The notes beneath the pieces were generated by a model that saw nothing but the letters and a program-made list of their open reading frames with translations, made no database searches and was not told the origin of the DNA. A DNA stretch of 64,000 nt, from NCBI GenBank assembly GCA_034670305.1, contig JAXMNT010000028.1:1-64000 (forward strand), written 5' to 3'. The stretch is from Deltaproteobacteria bacterium (GTDB lineage: Bacteria; Myxococcota_A; Polyangia; Polyangiales; Houyiibacteriaceae). Below, piece by piece: positions 20,271-30,558 of this stretch. A program made the position numbers and the translations under genes. Every line of letters starts with the position of its first letter. Position 1 is the first letter of the stretch.

Positions 20271-22046
20271 TCAGCCGGCCTGCGCTGCTTCGGGTGCGGC
20301 TTGTCCGTTCGCCCACAGTCCCTTGCGGAGCGCGGCCATGCGCTGCTCCACGTCGATGAGGCGCGCGAGGCTCATGCCCGTGCTGGCGCGCAGCTCCTCG
20401 GAGGCGTCTTCGCCGCTGGTGTGTGCGTCGCGCGCCACGCGGACGAGCTCCGCGATGCTGCGGCTCATCTCTTCGTTGGCTGCCGTGACGAACTCGATCA
20501 GCTTCTCGCCGAACTGATCGATGCGTTCGTCGAACGCGTCCGCCATCTTGCCGGCCGCGTCGCGCACCGCCTTCGGAGCCTCTTCCTTCGCGCGCTCTTT
20601 GACCTGCTTGTCGGCGCGGCCACGGAACACGTACGCGAGCACCGGCGCCGCGAGGGTCAGCGCGCCGCCGACGAGCACGTTGGAGAGCACCATCAGCGTG
20701 ACGCCAAAGGCACCGACCGCGAACACCCCGACGTCGTAGGCGAACGTATTCACGTCGAGGTCGAGCGCGGGTGCATCTTCGCCGAGCACCTGCTTGAGTT
20801 GGTCGACCCGGGCGCTCGCGTCTTCCGTGACGAACGCGATCGCCTCTTCGGCGACCTTCTCGAGTCGCACCGCGATCTGCTGCGCCTGACCTTCGGCGAG
20901 CTCTTTGAACCGCTCCTCGATGAACCCGCTGAGGTACTTCCGCAGATCCTTCGCGTCGCTCTGTTCGATCTCGTCCGGCAACTGCTGCGCGAAACGTTTG
21001 GCGAACCCTTCGACGTCCGCGCGCACCACCGCTTTGACGGCGCTGAGCGACTCTCGAATGCGCACTTTGCGCTCGGCCATGCGGGCGTCGCTGCCTTCGA
21101 GATCGGCTTCGAGCGTCTCGAGGCGCCGCTCGAGTTCGCCCTGGTCCATCGCGAGCGCGCGCTTCTGGATCTCGATGCCGGTGCGCAGCGTGGCGGCGGT
21201 GCGAAGACCGGCGTCGAGCGCGTTGTCGAGCAGCACTCGGCCACGCTCGTCTTGGAGGAACCGCTTGAGCTCCGCTTCGAGCGCTTCCATGCCCGCACCC
21301 TCGCGGTCTCCGTCGAGCGCGCGTTCGGCGCTGATGCCGAACACCTTCGGATCAGGGATGAGCTTGCCGAGGTTGAGCCGCGCATACGCCAGCGCCTCTT
21401 GGCGCTCTTCGTCGTCGAGCAGATCCATCTTGTTGACGATGAAGATCACCTTGTCCCGGGACTGGGCGAGCAACTTCGTGGAGACGAACTGCCGCTCGCT
21501 CTCTTTGAGAATCTGCCCCGCGTCGAGCAGGAACAGAATGGCGTCCGAGCGCGGAATGTACCCGTAGGTGATCTCCGCCCGCGCTTCGTTGAGGTCGTTC
21601 ACGCCTGGCGTGTCGACCAGCACCACACCCGCGGCCAAGAACGGGGCCGGGTAGTAGACGTCGAGGTGCTGGACCGACTCCGCGAGCGCGGTTCCGTCCA
21701 CTTCGTACTCCTCGAGCTTCTCCATCGGCACGCTCTTCTCGCTGCCGTCTTCTGCGAATGCCTTCGCGGACTTCACCTCACCGTGGTGGATGCGGTGAAT
21801 GATCGCGGTGGTCGGTGTGACGCCCATGGGCAGCACCGGCGCGCCGAGCAACGCGTTCACGAACGTCGTCTTGCCGTGGTTGAACTCGCCGAGCACCACC
21901 AGGTGAAACCGCTCGTCCTCGAGTCTCGGGATCCGATCCTCGCGCAGCTTCTTGGCGAGCGTGATCGCGCCCGCCTGTTCGGCAAGCCCCGCAACCTCTC
22001 GCAGACCACCCAGGGCCTTCGCCTTCTGTTCCCCAAAATCCGACAA
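20271..22046 (-). CDS. Bacterial dynamin-like GTPase
   Basis: G1 GEFNHGKTT, G2 TPTT, G3 DTPG, G4 NKMD; helical stalk and hydrophobic paddle; GGAGG RBS before TTG 22046. Confidence 0.92.
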   Translation of the reverse strand: MSDFGEQKAKALGGLREVAGLAEQAGAITLAKKLREDRIPRLEDERFHLVVLGEFNHGKTTFVNALLGAPVLPMGVTPTTAIIHRIHHGEVKSAKAFAEDGSEKSVPMEKLEEYEVDGTALAESVQHLDVYYPAPFLAAGVVLVDTPGVNDLNEARAEITYGYIPRSDAILFLLDAGQILKESERQFVSTKLLAQSRDKVIFIVNKMDLLDDEERQEALAYARLNLGKLIPDPKVFGISAERALDGDREGAGMEALEAELKRFLQDERGRVLLDNALDAGLRTAATLRTGIEIQKRALAMDQGELERRLETLEADLEGSDARMAERKVRIRESLSAVKAVVRADVEGFAKRFAQQLPDEIEQSDAKDLRKYLSGFIEERFKELAEGQAQQIAVRLEKVAEEAIAFVTEDASARVDQLKQVLGEDAPALDLDVNTFAYDVGVFAVGAFGVTLMVLSNVLVGGALTLAAPVLAYVFRGRADKQVKERAKEEAPKAVRDAAGKMADAFDERIDQFGEKLIEFVTAANEEMSRSIAELVRVARDAHTSGEDASEELRASTGMSLARLIDVEQRMAALRKGLWANGQAAPEAAQAG

Positions 22047-22167
22047 CCTGACCTCCGGTATCTCTCTGCATCGGTCGCCCGATGATGTGAATGCGGCTCC
22101 GTGGAGCCAGCCCCTGTGGGCGGATGTTCTGGCGCGCGTGGAGGCTACCCCCTCCGCCCACCCGTCG

Positions 22168-23112
22168 TCACTCGGCACCCTCGCCGGCCGGGGCCGCGTC
22201 GCGTCCCCGGAGGATCCGCAGGATCTCTCCCGTCTTGGCATCGACCGCGTCGAGTTCGAGTCCGCCTTCGAGCCCGAGCTCGTTCCGGTAGAGCCGGCTC
22301 TCCGCGAAGAGCTGCAGCGCCCGGATGCGTTTGGGCAGGTACGGATGCGACGCGAGCAGCTCACCGAAGCGGCCGAGCCCATCGCGGCCCGCCTCGAGCT
22401 GCTCGATGTACGTCTCCACGTTGAGCTCCTCATAGAGCGTGGTGGACCCGCAGGCCATCTTCACGAAACTCGACATCGCCGCGTCGAGGTTGCGGCAGCA
22501 GATGAGACCCGCGCGGTCGCAGGTGATCTCTGCTTTGCGGGACCAGTCCTTCAGCATCGCTTCCGCAGGCGGCATCAGGATCCGGAACAGCATCAGCAGG
22601 TTGCCCTTGAGCAGCCGAAGCGCGGTCCCGTAGACCACATGGTTGTTCTGCACATGGCCCATCTCGTGGCCGATGACGAAGCGCAGCTCGTCGTCGGAGA
22701 AGTCGTCGACCAGCCGCGCGTGCACCACGATGAACGAGTCCTCGTTGGTCCCGAACGTGTACGCGTTCATGAACGGACTGTTCGCCACGTAGACCGTCGG
22801 CATCGGCACGCCGAGCGTGAACGCGCACTCTTTCGCAATGGTGTGGATGCGAGCGAGCTGGTTCGGCCCCACCCGCACCGTGGTGCCGAGGTACTGGTTG
22901 CGCAGCAGGTCCTTGTAGGTCCGCACGACCGCACTCACCGCCAGCTCGATGGGCGGGATCTTCTCGAACGTGCGCAGCATCGCCAGATCGGCCCCGTACG
23001 CGTAGCGCCGATCCTCCCGCGTTCCGCCACGGACCTTCGCCTGCCGATCCTGGACGTACCCCGCAAAGCCCGAACCCAGGATGGATGGAGTGTCTGGGGT
23101 GGGGTCGCTCAT
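22168..23112 (-). CDS. M48 family zinc metallopeptidase
   Basis: NAYTFG, ELRFVIGHEMGH, EITCDRAG, SHP. Confidence 0.92.
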   Translation of the reverse strand: MSDPTPDTPSILGSGFAGYVQDRQAKVRGGTREDRRYAYGADLAMLRTFEKIPPIELAVSAVVRTYKDLLRNQYLGTTVRVGPNQLARIHTIAKECAFTLGVPMPTVYVANSPFMNAYTFGTNEDSFIVVHARLVDDFSDDELRFVIGHEMGHVQNNHVVYGTALRLLKGNLLMLFRILMPPAEAMLKDWSRKAEITCDRAGLICCRNLDAAMSSFVKMACGSTTLYEELNVETYIEQLEAGRDGLGRFGELLASHPYLPKRIRALQLFAESRLYRNELGLEGGLELDAVDAKTGEILRILRGRDAAPAGEGAE

Positions 23113-23169
23113 CGGGTCACGGTACGCACGTGCGCTCGAAGGAGCAACGGCTCTCGCCCGCGAGATGTT

Positions 23170-23688
23170 TCACGAGGGCGCACGAACGAAGGTTCCGCGG
23201 GCCCGGTCTTTCACCACGCCTGGGAACGCCAGCACCTTGTTGTGCATCACGACGTACACCCCCGGCGACGCGAGCTGCACCGCCAGCAGCGCCTCGGTCA
23301 GATTCTGCATGGCGTCGGTGTTGCGGAGCTGGAACGGACGCATGGCACCGGTGAGTACGATCGGCACTCGAATGCCCTTGGCGGTGGCGGCGATCCGCTC
23401 GCCCGTCACATGGAGTCGATCCGTGCCATGCACGATGACCACCCCGTCGTGCTGCTGGCTCATCACATCCGCGGTCTCGGCGATGAGCGCATGGTCCCCC
23501 TCGGACATCTCGAGCGAGTCCTTGTTCATCAGCGGAATGCGGACGATCTCCACCCCATCGAGCTCCAGCTGCGCCAGCATGATGTCGAGGTTCGAGAGGT
23601 TCTCGTTCACCAGCACGCCTTGCAGCTCGTCGTAGGTCTTCTCGATGGTCCCACCCGTCGAGATCATTGCGATTCTGGCGCGTTTCAC
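23170..23688 (-). CDS. Short asparaginase-family protein (N-terminal domain only)
   Basis: STGGTI, DSLEM, HGTD, VLTGAM; 172 aa. Confidence 0.88.
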   Translation of the reverse strand: MKRARIAMISTGGTIEKTYDELQGVLVNENLSNLDIMLAQLELDGVEIVRIPLMNKDSLEMSEGDHALIAETADVMSQQHDGVVIVHGTDRLHVTGERIAATAKGIRVPIVLTGAMRPFQLRNTDAMQNLTEALLAVQLASPGVYVVMHNKVLAFPGVVKDRARGTFVRAPS

Positions 23689-23800
23689 CGGACGAGCCTA
23701 GCAGCCGCCGAGGCGGAAGGAATGCGTCGTTCGCGCAACGCCGCCAGGCAACGGACGACCGGCCGGGCAAAACCCGACCCACGGCTGACCTTCGCCGGGT

Positions 23801-25051
23801 GTGGGGGTTATGATGCGGGGGCTCGTGTCGAAGAAACCAGGCAACATCGTGGTCGGCCGTTCCCGCGACTGCGACATCGTGCTCCGCGACCCCACCGTGT
23901 CCGGACGGCATGGCCGGCTCGCCTGGGAGGGCGACCGCATCCTGGTCGAGGACCTCGGGAGTGCGAACGGAACGTTCGTCGACGACAAGCGGATCGAACA
24001 CGCCCACATTCGGCCGGGCGACGACGTGCGGTTCGGGCGTGCGCCGTTGCGGTGGAGCGAACCGGTCCTGCGTCCGTTCTTGAGGCGGGGTGGCAAGGAC
24101 ACGGTGCTCGGCGAGTCGATTCCGGGCCGCCGCTTCATCTGCGGGCAGTGCGGCACCCGAGGGATCATGCCCGGCGGCTTCCGGGGCGGCGTGCTGCGCT
24201 GCGGCGCCTGCAACCAGCGCCTCATCGTCTCCAAACCGAAACGGCGCAAGGGCGGATGGGTCGGGGTCACCCTACTCGCCGCGGTCGCAGCCGTCGGGCT
24301 GCTCTTCTTGTTTCGCTCGGGCGGCGACCAACCGCTTCGGCGCGCCGCCGAACGACTCGGCATCCCGGACCCGGGGGCGCCGTTGTCGGCAAGCCCGCAG
24401 GAAGCCTCGATCCGGATGCACACCCTCTCGCAGGTCGTGGGCGCGATCGACGCGAGCACCCCTTCGACCCGCAACGCCGCCGCACAGATCGCAGCGGAGG
24501 ACGAAGGCCCGTTCCACATCGAGCAGGTCGCACGGATCTGGAGCCGGGTCCGTTCCGAGTGGCGCTATGTCAACGACCCGCGCGGCGACGAGTACTTTGC
24601 CACCGCGAGCGAGAGCATCGACAACGGCTACATCGGGGACTGCGACGACTTCGCGATCGTCCTGGTCGCGATGATCTCAGCGATCGGAGGCGATGCGCGC
24701 ATCGTCATGATGGACGGCCCGCAAGGCGGCCACGCGTACGCCGAGGTCTGCATCCCCGAGGACTCCGACACGATCCGAGACCGCCTCGCCACCCACTACC
24801 GCGCGCACCGCGACCAGAACCTCGGCGTCCAGCGCGTCACCGCAGTGCACTACCGCCCCGGCCACGATTGCAACGTCTGGCTCAACCTCGACTGGAACGC
24901 CGGCGTCCCGGGCGGCGAGTACGAAGCCGAACAATGGGCCGTCGCCATCTACCCCGACGGCCGCACCGAAACCCTCGCCCCCGCCGGCGTCGCCCGCCCC
25001 TCCGCCGGCTCGTCCAGCGCCAGCACCGGCATGGTCGCCGCCCCCCCCTGA
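23801..25051 (+). CDS. FHA + Zn-ribbon + TM + transglutaminase-like domain protein
   Basis: FHA GR…SGRH…GSANGT; CGQC/CGAC; TM; YVNDP…GDCDD…GHAY; start probably 23810-23825. Confidence 0.82.
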   Translation: MGVMMRGLVSKKPGNIVVGRSRDCDIVLRDPTVSGRHGRLAWEGDRILVEDLGSANGTFVDDKRIEHAHIRPGDDVRFGRAPLRWSEPVLRPFLRRGGKDTVLGESIPGRRFICGQCGTRGIMPGGFRGGVLRCGACNQRLIVSKPKRRKGGWVGVTLLAAVAAVGLLFLFRSGGDQPLRRAAERLGIPDPGAPLSASPQEASIRMHTLSQVVGAIDASTPSTRNAAAQIAAEDEGPFHIEQVARIWSRVRSEWRYVNDPRGDEYFATASESIDNGYIGDCDDFAIVLVAMISAIGGDARIVMMDGPQGGHAYAEVCIPEDSDTIRDRLATHYRAHRDQNLGVQRVTAVHYRPGHDCNVWLNLDWNAGVPGGEYEAEQWAVAIYPDGRTETLAPAGVARPSAGSSSASTGMVAAPP

Positions 25052-25077
25052 CCCAAGCGAAGTAGCGGCATCCAGCG

Positions 25078-25372
25078 CTTCGGATTCGGCTTCGGATTCG
25101 GCTCCGGATTCGGATTCGGCCTCGGATTCGGCCTCGGCTTCGGCGTCGGCTTCGGCCTCGGCTTCGGCGTCGGATTCGGCTTCGGCGTCGGATTCGGCTT
25201 CGGCGTCGGCGTCGGCCTCGGCGTCGGCTTCGGCTTCGGCTTCGGCGTCGGCTTCGGCGTCGGATTCGGCCTCGGCCTCGGCGTCGGCCTCGGCTTCGGC
25301 GTCGGCCTCGGCTTCGGCGTCGGCCTCAGCGTCGGCCTCAGCGTCGGCTCCGGCGTCGGCCTCAGCGTCCGC
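25078..25372. repeat. TCGGCN hexamer tract between convergent genes
   Basis: Directly visible. Confidence 0.93.
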
Positions 25373-25852
25373 TCAGACCGGCTCGTCTTCGGCTTCCGGG
25401 ACGTCGGGCGGAACCGCCCAGCGCTCCCGCTGCGACGGCGTGCCGAGGTCCCGGTCAAGAAGCCAGTGCACCAGATCGTCGTCCAGAAGATCCACCACCG
25501 CGTCGGCCCGTTCGACCACGCTCGCGCCGAGCGCGTCGAGGTCCGCGCCTTCTTCGGCATCGAGGTCGCTGTGCACGAGCAGGTGACCGCTCGCATCGAT
25601 CCCGGTCTTCACATCCCAGTACTTCGCGTTGAGCGCGAGACACCACGCGAGAAAGCTCCGCCCCGCGCCCGCCGGCGGGGGCACCGCGGCGCTCACGCGC
25701 AACATCTGCTCTTCGGGATCGTGTTCGATCGCAACCGACACCTCCCCGTATCGACCATCGAACACCGCGATCAATCCGTCGGGGGTGATGGTGAGCCCAT
25801 CGAGTTCGTCTTCGATTCGGTCGAAGAGCTCCGTGAGCAAGTCGTTCGCCAT
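25373..25852 (-). CDS. YbjN/type III chaperone-like domain protein
   Basis: Small acidic protein with CLALNA…KTGID…G pattern typical of the YbjN-like fold. Confidence 0.6.
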   Translation of the reverse strand: MANDLLTELFDRIEDELDGLTITPDGLIAVFDGRYGEVSVAIEHDPEEQMLRVSAAVPPPAGAGRSFLAWCLALNAKYWDVKTGIDASGHLLVHSDLDAEEGADLDALGASVVERADAVVDLLDDDLVHWLLDRDLGTPSQRERWAVPPDVPEAEDEPV

Positions 25853-25914
25853 GCTCAGCTATGCGGCCGCTCGCGGTCCGGCGCCAGCCGAGCGCGGCGA
25901 CGGGCTCCCTGAGC

Positions 25915-26985
25915 TCACATGCGCAGCAGGGTCGCGCCCCAGTTCAGACCGCTGCCAAGCGCGAGGAAACAGATCAGCTGCCCCTCCTTCACCTTGCCGT
26001 CTTTGCGCAGCTCGTTGAGGAGGATGCCGATCGTTGCGGCGGAGGTGTTGCCGTACCGCTCGATGTTCGAGGGCACCTTCGATTCTGGGATCTTGAGCGC
26101 CTGTCGGACCGCGGCGTTGATCCGGTCGTTCGCCTGGTGCGCGAGAAACCAGTCCACCTCGTCGAGGGTCACGGAGTGCTTCGCGCAGAGTGATCGGACG
26201 GTGCGGGAGAGTTCGGTCACCGCCGTTTTGAACAAGTCGCGCCCCTGCATCCGGGGAATGTGTTCTTCGCGCTCGAACATCTCCGGCGTGAAGTACGGAC
26301 GGCTGCGGAACCCGCCGGACGGAATGTAGATCCGGTCGAACATGCGGCCGTCGGTGTGCAGCTCCGCGCCGATGAAGCCCGCGTCGCGCGGCTCGCCGGT
26401 GTCCGTCGTCGCTTTGCGCAGCACCATCGCCGCGGCGCCGTCGCCGAAGAGCACCGCGAGGGCGCGGTGCCGCGTGCCGCGGTCGAAGGCTTCTTTGGTC
26501 ACTTCTCGGTCGGACTCGCCGTAAAGCACGTCCCAGTCCTCCCAAGGCATGAACCCGGCATGCGCGTCCGCACCGACCAGCAACACGGTGCTCGCCGCGC
26601 CCGTCTCGACAAGACCGCTCGCCACCTGCAGCCCAAACGGCATCGCCGCGCATTGCTGCCGGATGTCGAGGGCCGGGATCCGCGGAATGCCGAGCTTCGC
26701 CCCGAGCAGGCCACCCGATCCGGGGAACACGTACTCGGGGGTCATCGTGGCGAAGATGATGAAATCGATCTCCTCCAGTTCGATGCCCGAATCCTTGACC
26801 GCCCGCTGCGCTGCGATGAGGGCCAGGTCGCTGACGCCTTCGCCCTCGCTCACGAAGTGCCGCTGCCCGATGCCGGTGCGCGGGCGGATCCACTCGTCGT
26901 TGGTTTCCATGACCCGCGAGAGCGAATCGTTGGGCACGGGTGGTCCGGGAACGTAGTGGCCGGTACCGATGATGGTGATCCCCAT
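25915..26985 (-). CDS. 3-oxoacyl-ACP synthase III (FabH-like) family protein
   Basis: WIRPRTGI, catalytic C (QQCA), LFGDGA, HQAN, GNTSAA. Confidence 0.93.
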   Translation of the reverse strand: MGITIIGTGHYVPGPPVPNDSLSRVMETNDEWIRPRTGIGQRHFVSEGEGVSDLALIAAQRAVKDSGIELEEIDFIIFATMTPEYVFPGSGGLLGAKLGIPRIPALDIRQQCAAMPFGLQVASGLVETGAASTVLLVGADAHAGFMPWEDWDVLYGESDREVTKEAFDRGTRHRALAVLFGDGAAAMVLRKATTDTGEPRDAGFIGAELHTDGRMFDRIYIPSGGFRSRPYFTPEMFEREEHIPRMQGRDLFKTAVTELSRTVRSLCAKHSVTLDEVDWFLAHQANDRINAAVRQALKIPESKVPSNIERYGNTSAATIGILLNELRKDGKVKEGQLICFLALGSGLNWGATLLRM

Positions 26986-27060
26986 CGACGGCCCATAAAC
27001 GATTCACGCCCCGGAGCAATGACGCATCGCGGCATCCGGGCATTCGGGTAGTGTTCCGGC

Positions 27061-27828
27061 GTGGACTTCGTGGTTGCGATCGGCCGACTGGCGCTGAGCG
27101 TGTGGAACTACCTCGCACGTTTTGCGGCGCTGCTGAGGCGCACGCTGAGCGGCAGCCTGGGCATCGGTCGCCACAACCTGCCCACGGTGCTGCGCATCAC
27201 GATGATGCAGATCTTCTTCACCGGGTTTCAGGCCGTCATCCCGGTGACCGTGGCGGCGGTGGCGATCGGCATCCTCGTGCTCACGGTCGCGCTCCAGTAC
27301 CTGCCGGTGGACTACGTCCAAGGCGTCGCGTCGCTCGTCATCGTCCGGGAGGTCGTGCCGCTCATCTTGGCGTTCCTGATCATCGGACGGTCAGGCACCG
27401 CGATCACGATCGAGATCGGCCACATGCAGTTGCACGACGAGCTGCGGGCACTCGAGGTCATGGGCATCCCCATCGAGCAGTACGTGATGCTCCCGCGGTT
27501 GGTCGGCTGCGTGGTCGCGTTCCTCATGCTTCAGATCTACGCCGACCTGTTCGGACTGATCGGCGGCTACTACGGGTCGGCGATGATCGACATGCACCTG
27601 CCCGCGTACCCGGTGGCCGATCTACTCAGCGGCATCGAACCATCGGACTTCGTGCTCGCCTGCGTCAAAGCCACCCTGTTCGGCACCGTGGTCTCGATCA
27701 CCGCCATGCAGCACGGCATGGAGGTCACCCATTCCGCCCGCGAGATCCCCATCGCCACGAGCCGCGCGGTGGTCCGGTCGCTCTTGCTCTGCCTGCTGTT
27801 GAACACGGTGATCTCCGTCAGCGCGTGA
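27061..27828 (+). CDS. MlaE-family ABC transporter permease
   Basis: REVVP…GRSGTAITIEIGHM…ELRALEVMGI…PR; ATSRAVV. Confidence 0.9.
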   Translation: MDFVVAIGRLALSVWNYLARFAALLRRTLSGSLGIGRHNLPTVLRITMMQIFFTGFQAVIPVTVAAVAIGILVLTVALQYLPVDYVQGVASLVIVREVVPLILAFLIIGRSGTAITIEIGHMQLHDELRALEVMGIPIEQYVMLPRLVGCVVAFLMLQIYADLFGLIGGYYGSAMIDMHLPAYPVADLLSGIEPSDFVLACVKATLFGTVVSITAMQHGMEVTHSAREIPIATSRAVVRSLLLCLLLNTVISVSA

Positions 27829-27849
27829 GCGGGCGGGTGGCGCGGAGAC

Positions 27850-28551
27850 TCAGCTCGGGGGCGCGCCGAGCAGGCTCGGCCGGTCGAGTTCGAGCACCGC
27901 GCCGTGGTCCACGAGACAGAGCCGGTCGGCCACGCCGAAGTCGTCCGGCGCCGCTTCCATCACGAGCAGGAACGCGGTCTCGTACGCTTCGCGGGCGAGA
28001 CCGATGGTTTCACTCATCCGATGAAACGCATCCGCGTCGGTGCCGATGAAGTAGTCGTCGATGAAGATGAGTTCCGGCTCGTAGACGAGCGCACGAGCGA
28101 GCGCGACCAGTCGCTGGCGGTCCCGGGTCAGCTGCCAGGGAAGCTGTTTGGCCGAGCCGTCCATGCCGGTCACCGCCAGCACCTCTTCGACCTTGGTCCG
28201 GATCTCCTCCTCGGATCGGTCGGTGTGAAACCGGAGCGGAAGCGCGATGTTGTCGTACACGCTCAGGTTCGCGAGCAGCCCGCCGTCGCCTTCGAACACG
28301 AGCCCGATCTTCGGCGGCACGCGCGGCAGGTCGGAGAGCCGTTTGCCGCGGTAGACGACCTCCCCCGCGGTGGGTTCGATCAGCCCCGCCCCCGCGTAGA
28401 GCAGATGGGTCTTGCCCATGCCTTGCTGGAACACGAGCCCCACGATCTCCGCCTCGTGCACCGTCAGCGACACCTCGGTGAGGATCGGCTCGTCCCCGTC
28501 TCGGATCGAGACGCGGTGAAACTCGAGCAGGGGATCGCCGGGCACCCGCAC
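27850..28551 (-). CDS. MlaF-like ABC ATP-binding protein with degenerate motifs
   Basis: GMGKT; GLVFE…LSVYDNIALPL; ALARAL…PELIFIDD. Confidence 0.82.
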   Translation of the reverse strand: MRVPGDPLLEFHRVSIRDGDEPILTEVSLTVHEAEIVGLVFQQGMGKTHLLYAGAGLIEPTAGEVVYRGKRLSDLPRVPPKIGLVFEGDGGLLANLSVYDNIALPLRFHTDRSEEEIRTKVEEVLAVTGMDGSAKQLPWQLTRDRQRLVALARALVYEPELIFIDDYFIGTDADAFHRMSETIGLAREAYETAFLLVMEAAPDDFGVADRLCLVDHGAVLELDRPSLLGAPPS

Positions 28552-28612
28552 GTTCTAGCAGCACTCAGCCGGCGCAGGCGAACCCGACACCGACCGCAGC
28601 GGTGCCGAGCGC

Positions 28613-29476
28613 TCAGGCCGCGGCCAATCCGAGCATCTCTCTCGCACGCGCGGGTGAGGCCACTTCGCGACCGGCGTTGCGGGCGCAGGTCGCGAGCGCT
28701 TCGATGAGCGCCCCGTTGCCGCTCGTCTTGTCGCCGTTCGGAAGATAGAAGGTGTCTTCGACGCCGGTCCGCAACATGCCGCCGAGCTCCGCCGTGCGCT
28801 GGTGCACCGGCCAGATCTCCGCACGTCCGATCAACGTGCACTGCCACGGCGCGCCCTCGCGTCGGTACTCGAGCAAGAGTTCCAGAAGGCGCGCGTCCAC
28901 GGGCATGCCGGACGCGACCCCCATCACGAAGTTGTAGTGGGTGTGCTCGGTCATGCCGCTGCGGCGGTAGAGATCGATCGACCGGGCGATGCCGACGTCG
29001 AAACACTCGAACTCCGGAATCGCGCCGATCGCGTCCATCGCCGTGATCATCTCCTGGACCTTGTCGACCGTGTTGTCGAAGAGCATCGGCGGCCACGCCC
29101 ACTGTCCGTTGCTGCGCAGCTTCAGGTAGTTGAGGCTGCCGGCATTGCAGGCCGCGATCTCAGGGCGCACCGTCTGAAGGCACGCCACCGGGCCGGACAC
29201 ATCGCGGCCGAACACACCCGTCGTCTGGTTGATGATCACCCCCGGACACGCCGCGCGGATCGCCTCGCTGCAAGCCCCCGCGACCTCTGGGTCCCACGAG
29301 GGGAAATGACCTTGGTCGGGCTCCTGGCGCCGAAAGTGGATGTGCATGATCGACGCGCCCTGGTCGTAGGCTTGCTTCGCCGAAGCTGCCATCTCCGCGG
29401 GGGTGACCGGCACCGGGTGTTGTTTGGGGTTCGTGAGCACGCCGTTGAGGGCGCAGGTGAGGATCGCTTCGTTCAT
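28613..29476 (-). CDS. Beta-keto acid cleavage enzyme (3-keto-5-aminohexanoate cleavage / BKACE family)
   Basis: ILTCALNG…PVTPAE…HIHFR…PEFECFD…RTGVEDT. Confidence 0.92.
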   Translation of the reverse strand: MNEAILTCALNGVLTNPKQHPVPVTPAEMAASAKQAYDQGASIMHIHFRRQEPDQGHFPSWDPEVAGACSEAIRAACPGVIINQTTGVFGRDVSGPVACLQTVRPEIAACNAGSLNYLKLRSNGQWAWPPMLFDNTVDKVQEMITAMDAIGAIPEFECFDVGIARSIDLYRRSGMTEHTHYNFVMGVASGMPVDARLLELLLEYRREGAPWQCTLIGRAEIWPVHQRTAELGGMLRTGVEDTFYLPNGDKTSGNGALIEALATCARNAGREVASPARAREMLGLAAA

Positions 29477-29480
29477 CGGT

Positions 29481-30464
29481 CTACGCTTCGCTTTCGTCTG
29501 GGGCGGGTTCGTCGGTCTTGGGCAGCGCGGACACGTCTGCGTCGGGCAGCGGGGTCGGCTTGGCCTCGGGCACAGCGGTCAGATCGGCGGGCGCCATCGG
29601 CACCGCGGCGGCGCCGCCCGCAGGCAAAGGCGCGATCGCGCCGGCCATCGGGTCGCCCAGCGCGGCCGCTTCCAGCGCGGAGGGTCTCCAACCGGGCGCG
29701 CGCTTCGCAAGAAACGCCCCCATACCTTCGGCCGCTTCGGGTGCGCGGGTGCTGGCCGCGAACACCGCCGCCGCGTGTTCGATCTGGGCCTCCGTCACGC
29801 CCTCGCAGAGGCGGTGCAGAAGGCGCTTCGTCGTCGCGGTCGCGTGCGGCGCACACCGCAGGATGTCGCCGAGGGTCTTCCCGAGGGCCGCCTGAACCGC
29901 CGATGGCTCCACCACTTCGTGCACGAGCCCGATGCGCAGCGCCGCATCCGCCGAGAGGCGCGCGCCAGTCACCGCGAGCCGCTTGGCTTCGCTGTACCCG
30001 AGCCGCTCGATGAGAAACGGCGCGATCTGGGCCGGGACGAGGCCGAGCGAGGTCTCGGGCAGCCGGAAGTCCGCGGTCGTCGATGCAAGCACCACGTCGG
30101 CCACGCATGCGAGTCCGAACCCGCCGCCCATCACCGCGCCCTCCACGACCGCGACCACCGGGATCGGCGTGCGGGCGTAGGCGCGGGCCAGGTGTCCGAA
30201 CTGGGCGTTGAGCTCCGCGACCGCGTCCTTCTCCGGCGTCGCCGCGCCGCGCGCGCCGGCCATGTCCTTGATGTCGCCACCCGCGCAGAAGTGTCCGCCC
30301 GCGCCCCGCAACACGATCACACGCACCCCCGAGTCGTCGGCTTCCGCCTCCGAGAGCGCGGCACGAAGCGCGTCGACCATCGCTCGGCTCATCGCGTTCC
30401 GCGCTTCGGGTCGATTCAGGGTGATGTGGAGAATGCCGCCGTCGGTCCGGGTTTGAATGCTCAC
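29481..30464 (-). CDS. Enoyl-CoA hydratase/isomerase (crotonase) family protein
   Basis: LNRPEARNA, FCAGGDI, GGGFGL, LPETSLG. Confidence 0.92.
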   Translation of the reverse strand: MSIQTRTDGGILHITLNRPEARNAMSRAMVDALRAALSEAEADDSGVRVIVLRGAGGHFCAGGDIKDMAGARGAATPEKDAVAELNAQFGHLARAYARTPIPVVAVVEGAVMGGGFGLACVADVVLASTTADFRLPETSLGLVPAQIAPFLIERLGYSEAKRLAVTGARLSADAALRIGLVHEVVEPSAVQAALGKTLGDILRCAPHATATTKRLLHRLCEGVTEAQIEHAAAVFAASTRAPEAAEGMGAFLAKRAPGWRPSALEAAALGDPMAGAIAPLPAGGAAAVPMAPADLTAVPEAKPTPLPDADVSALPKTDEPAPDESEA

Positions 30465-30482
30465 GCCGCCAGGTTGGGCCGA

Positions 30483-30500
30483 CTTGACGTATACGTCAAG
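30483..30500. promoter_or_regulatory. Perfect 18-bp palindrome CTTGACGTATACGTCAAG; LiuR-like MerR-family operator
   Basis: Perfect dyad between the divergent crotonase and MerR genes; resembles the TTACGT-NN-ACGTAA LiuR-type motif. Confidence 0.85.
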
Positions 30501-30558
30501 CGAGAGCATCCGCGGCAAGTTCCTTGCCCATGCGTCCGTTCGCGGCTACTGCGTTGGA

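Noticed and set aside
25915-26985. Secondary-metabolite cluster around the FabH-like gene
   Set aside because: No ACP, PKS/NRPS or tailoring genes adjacent
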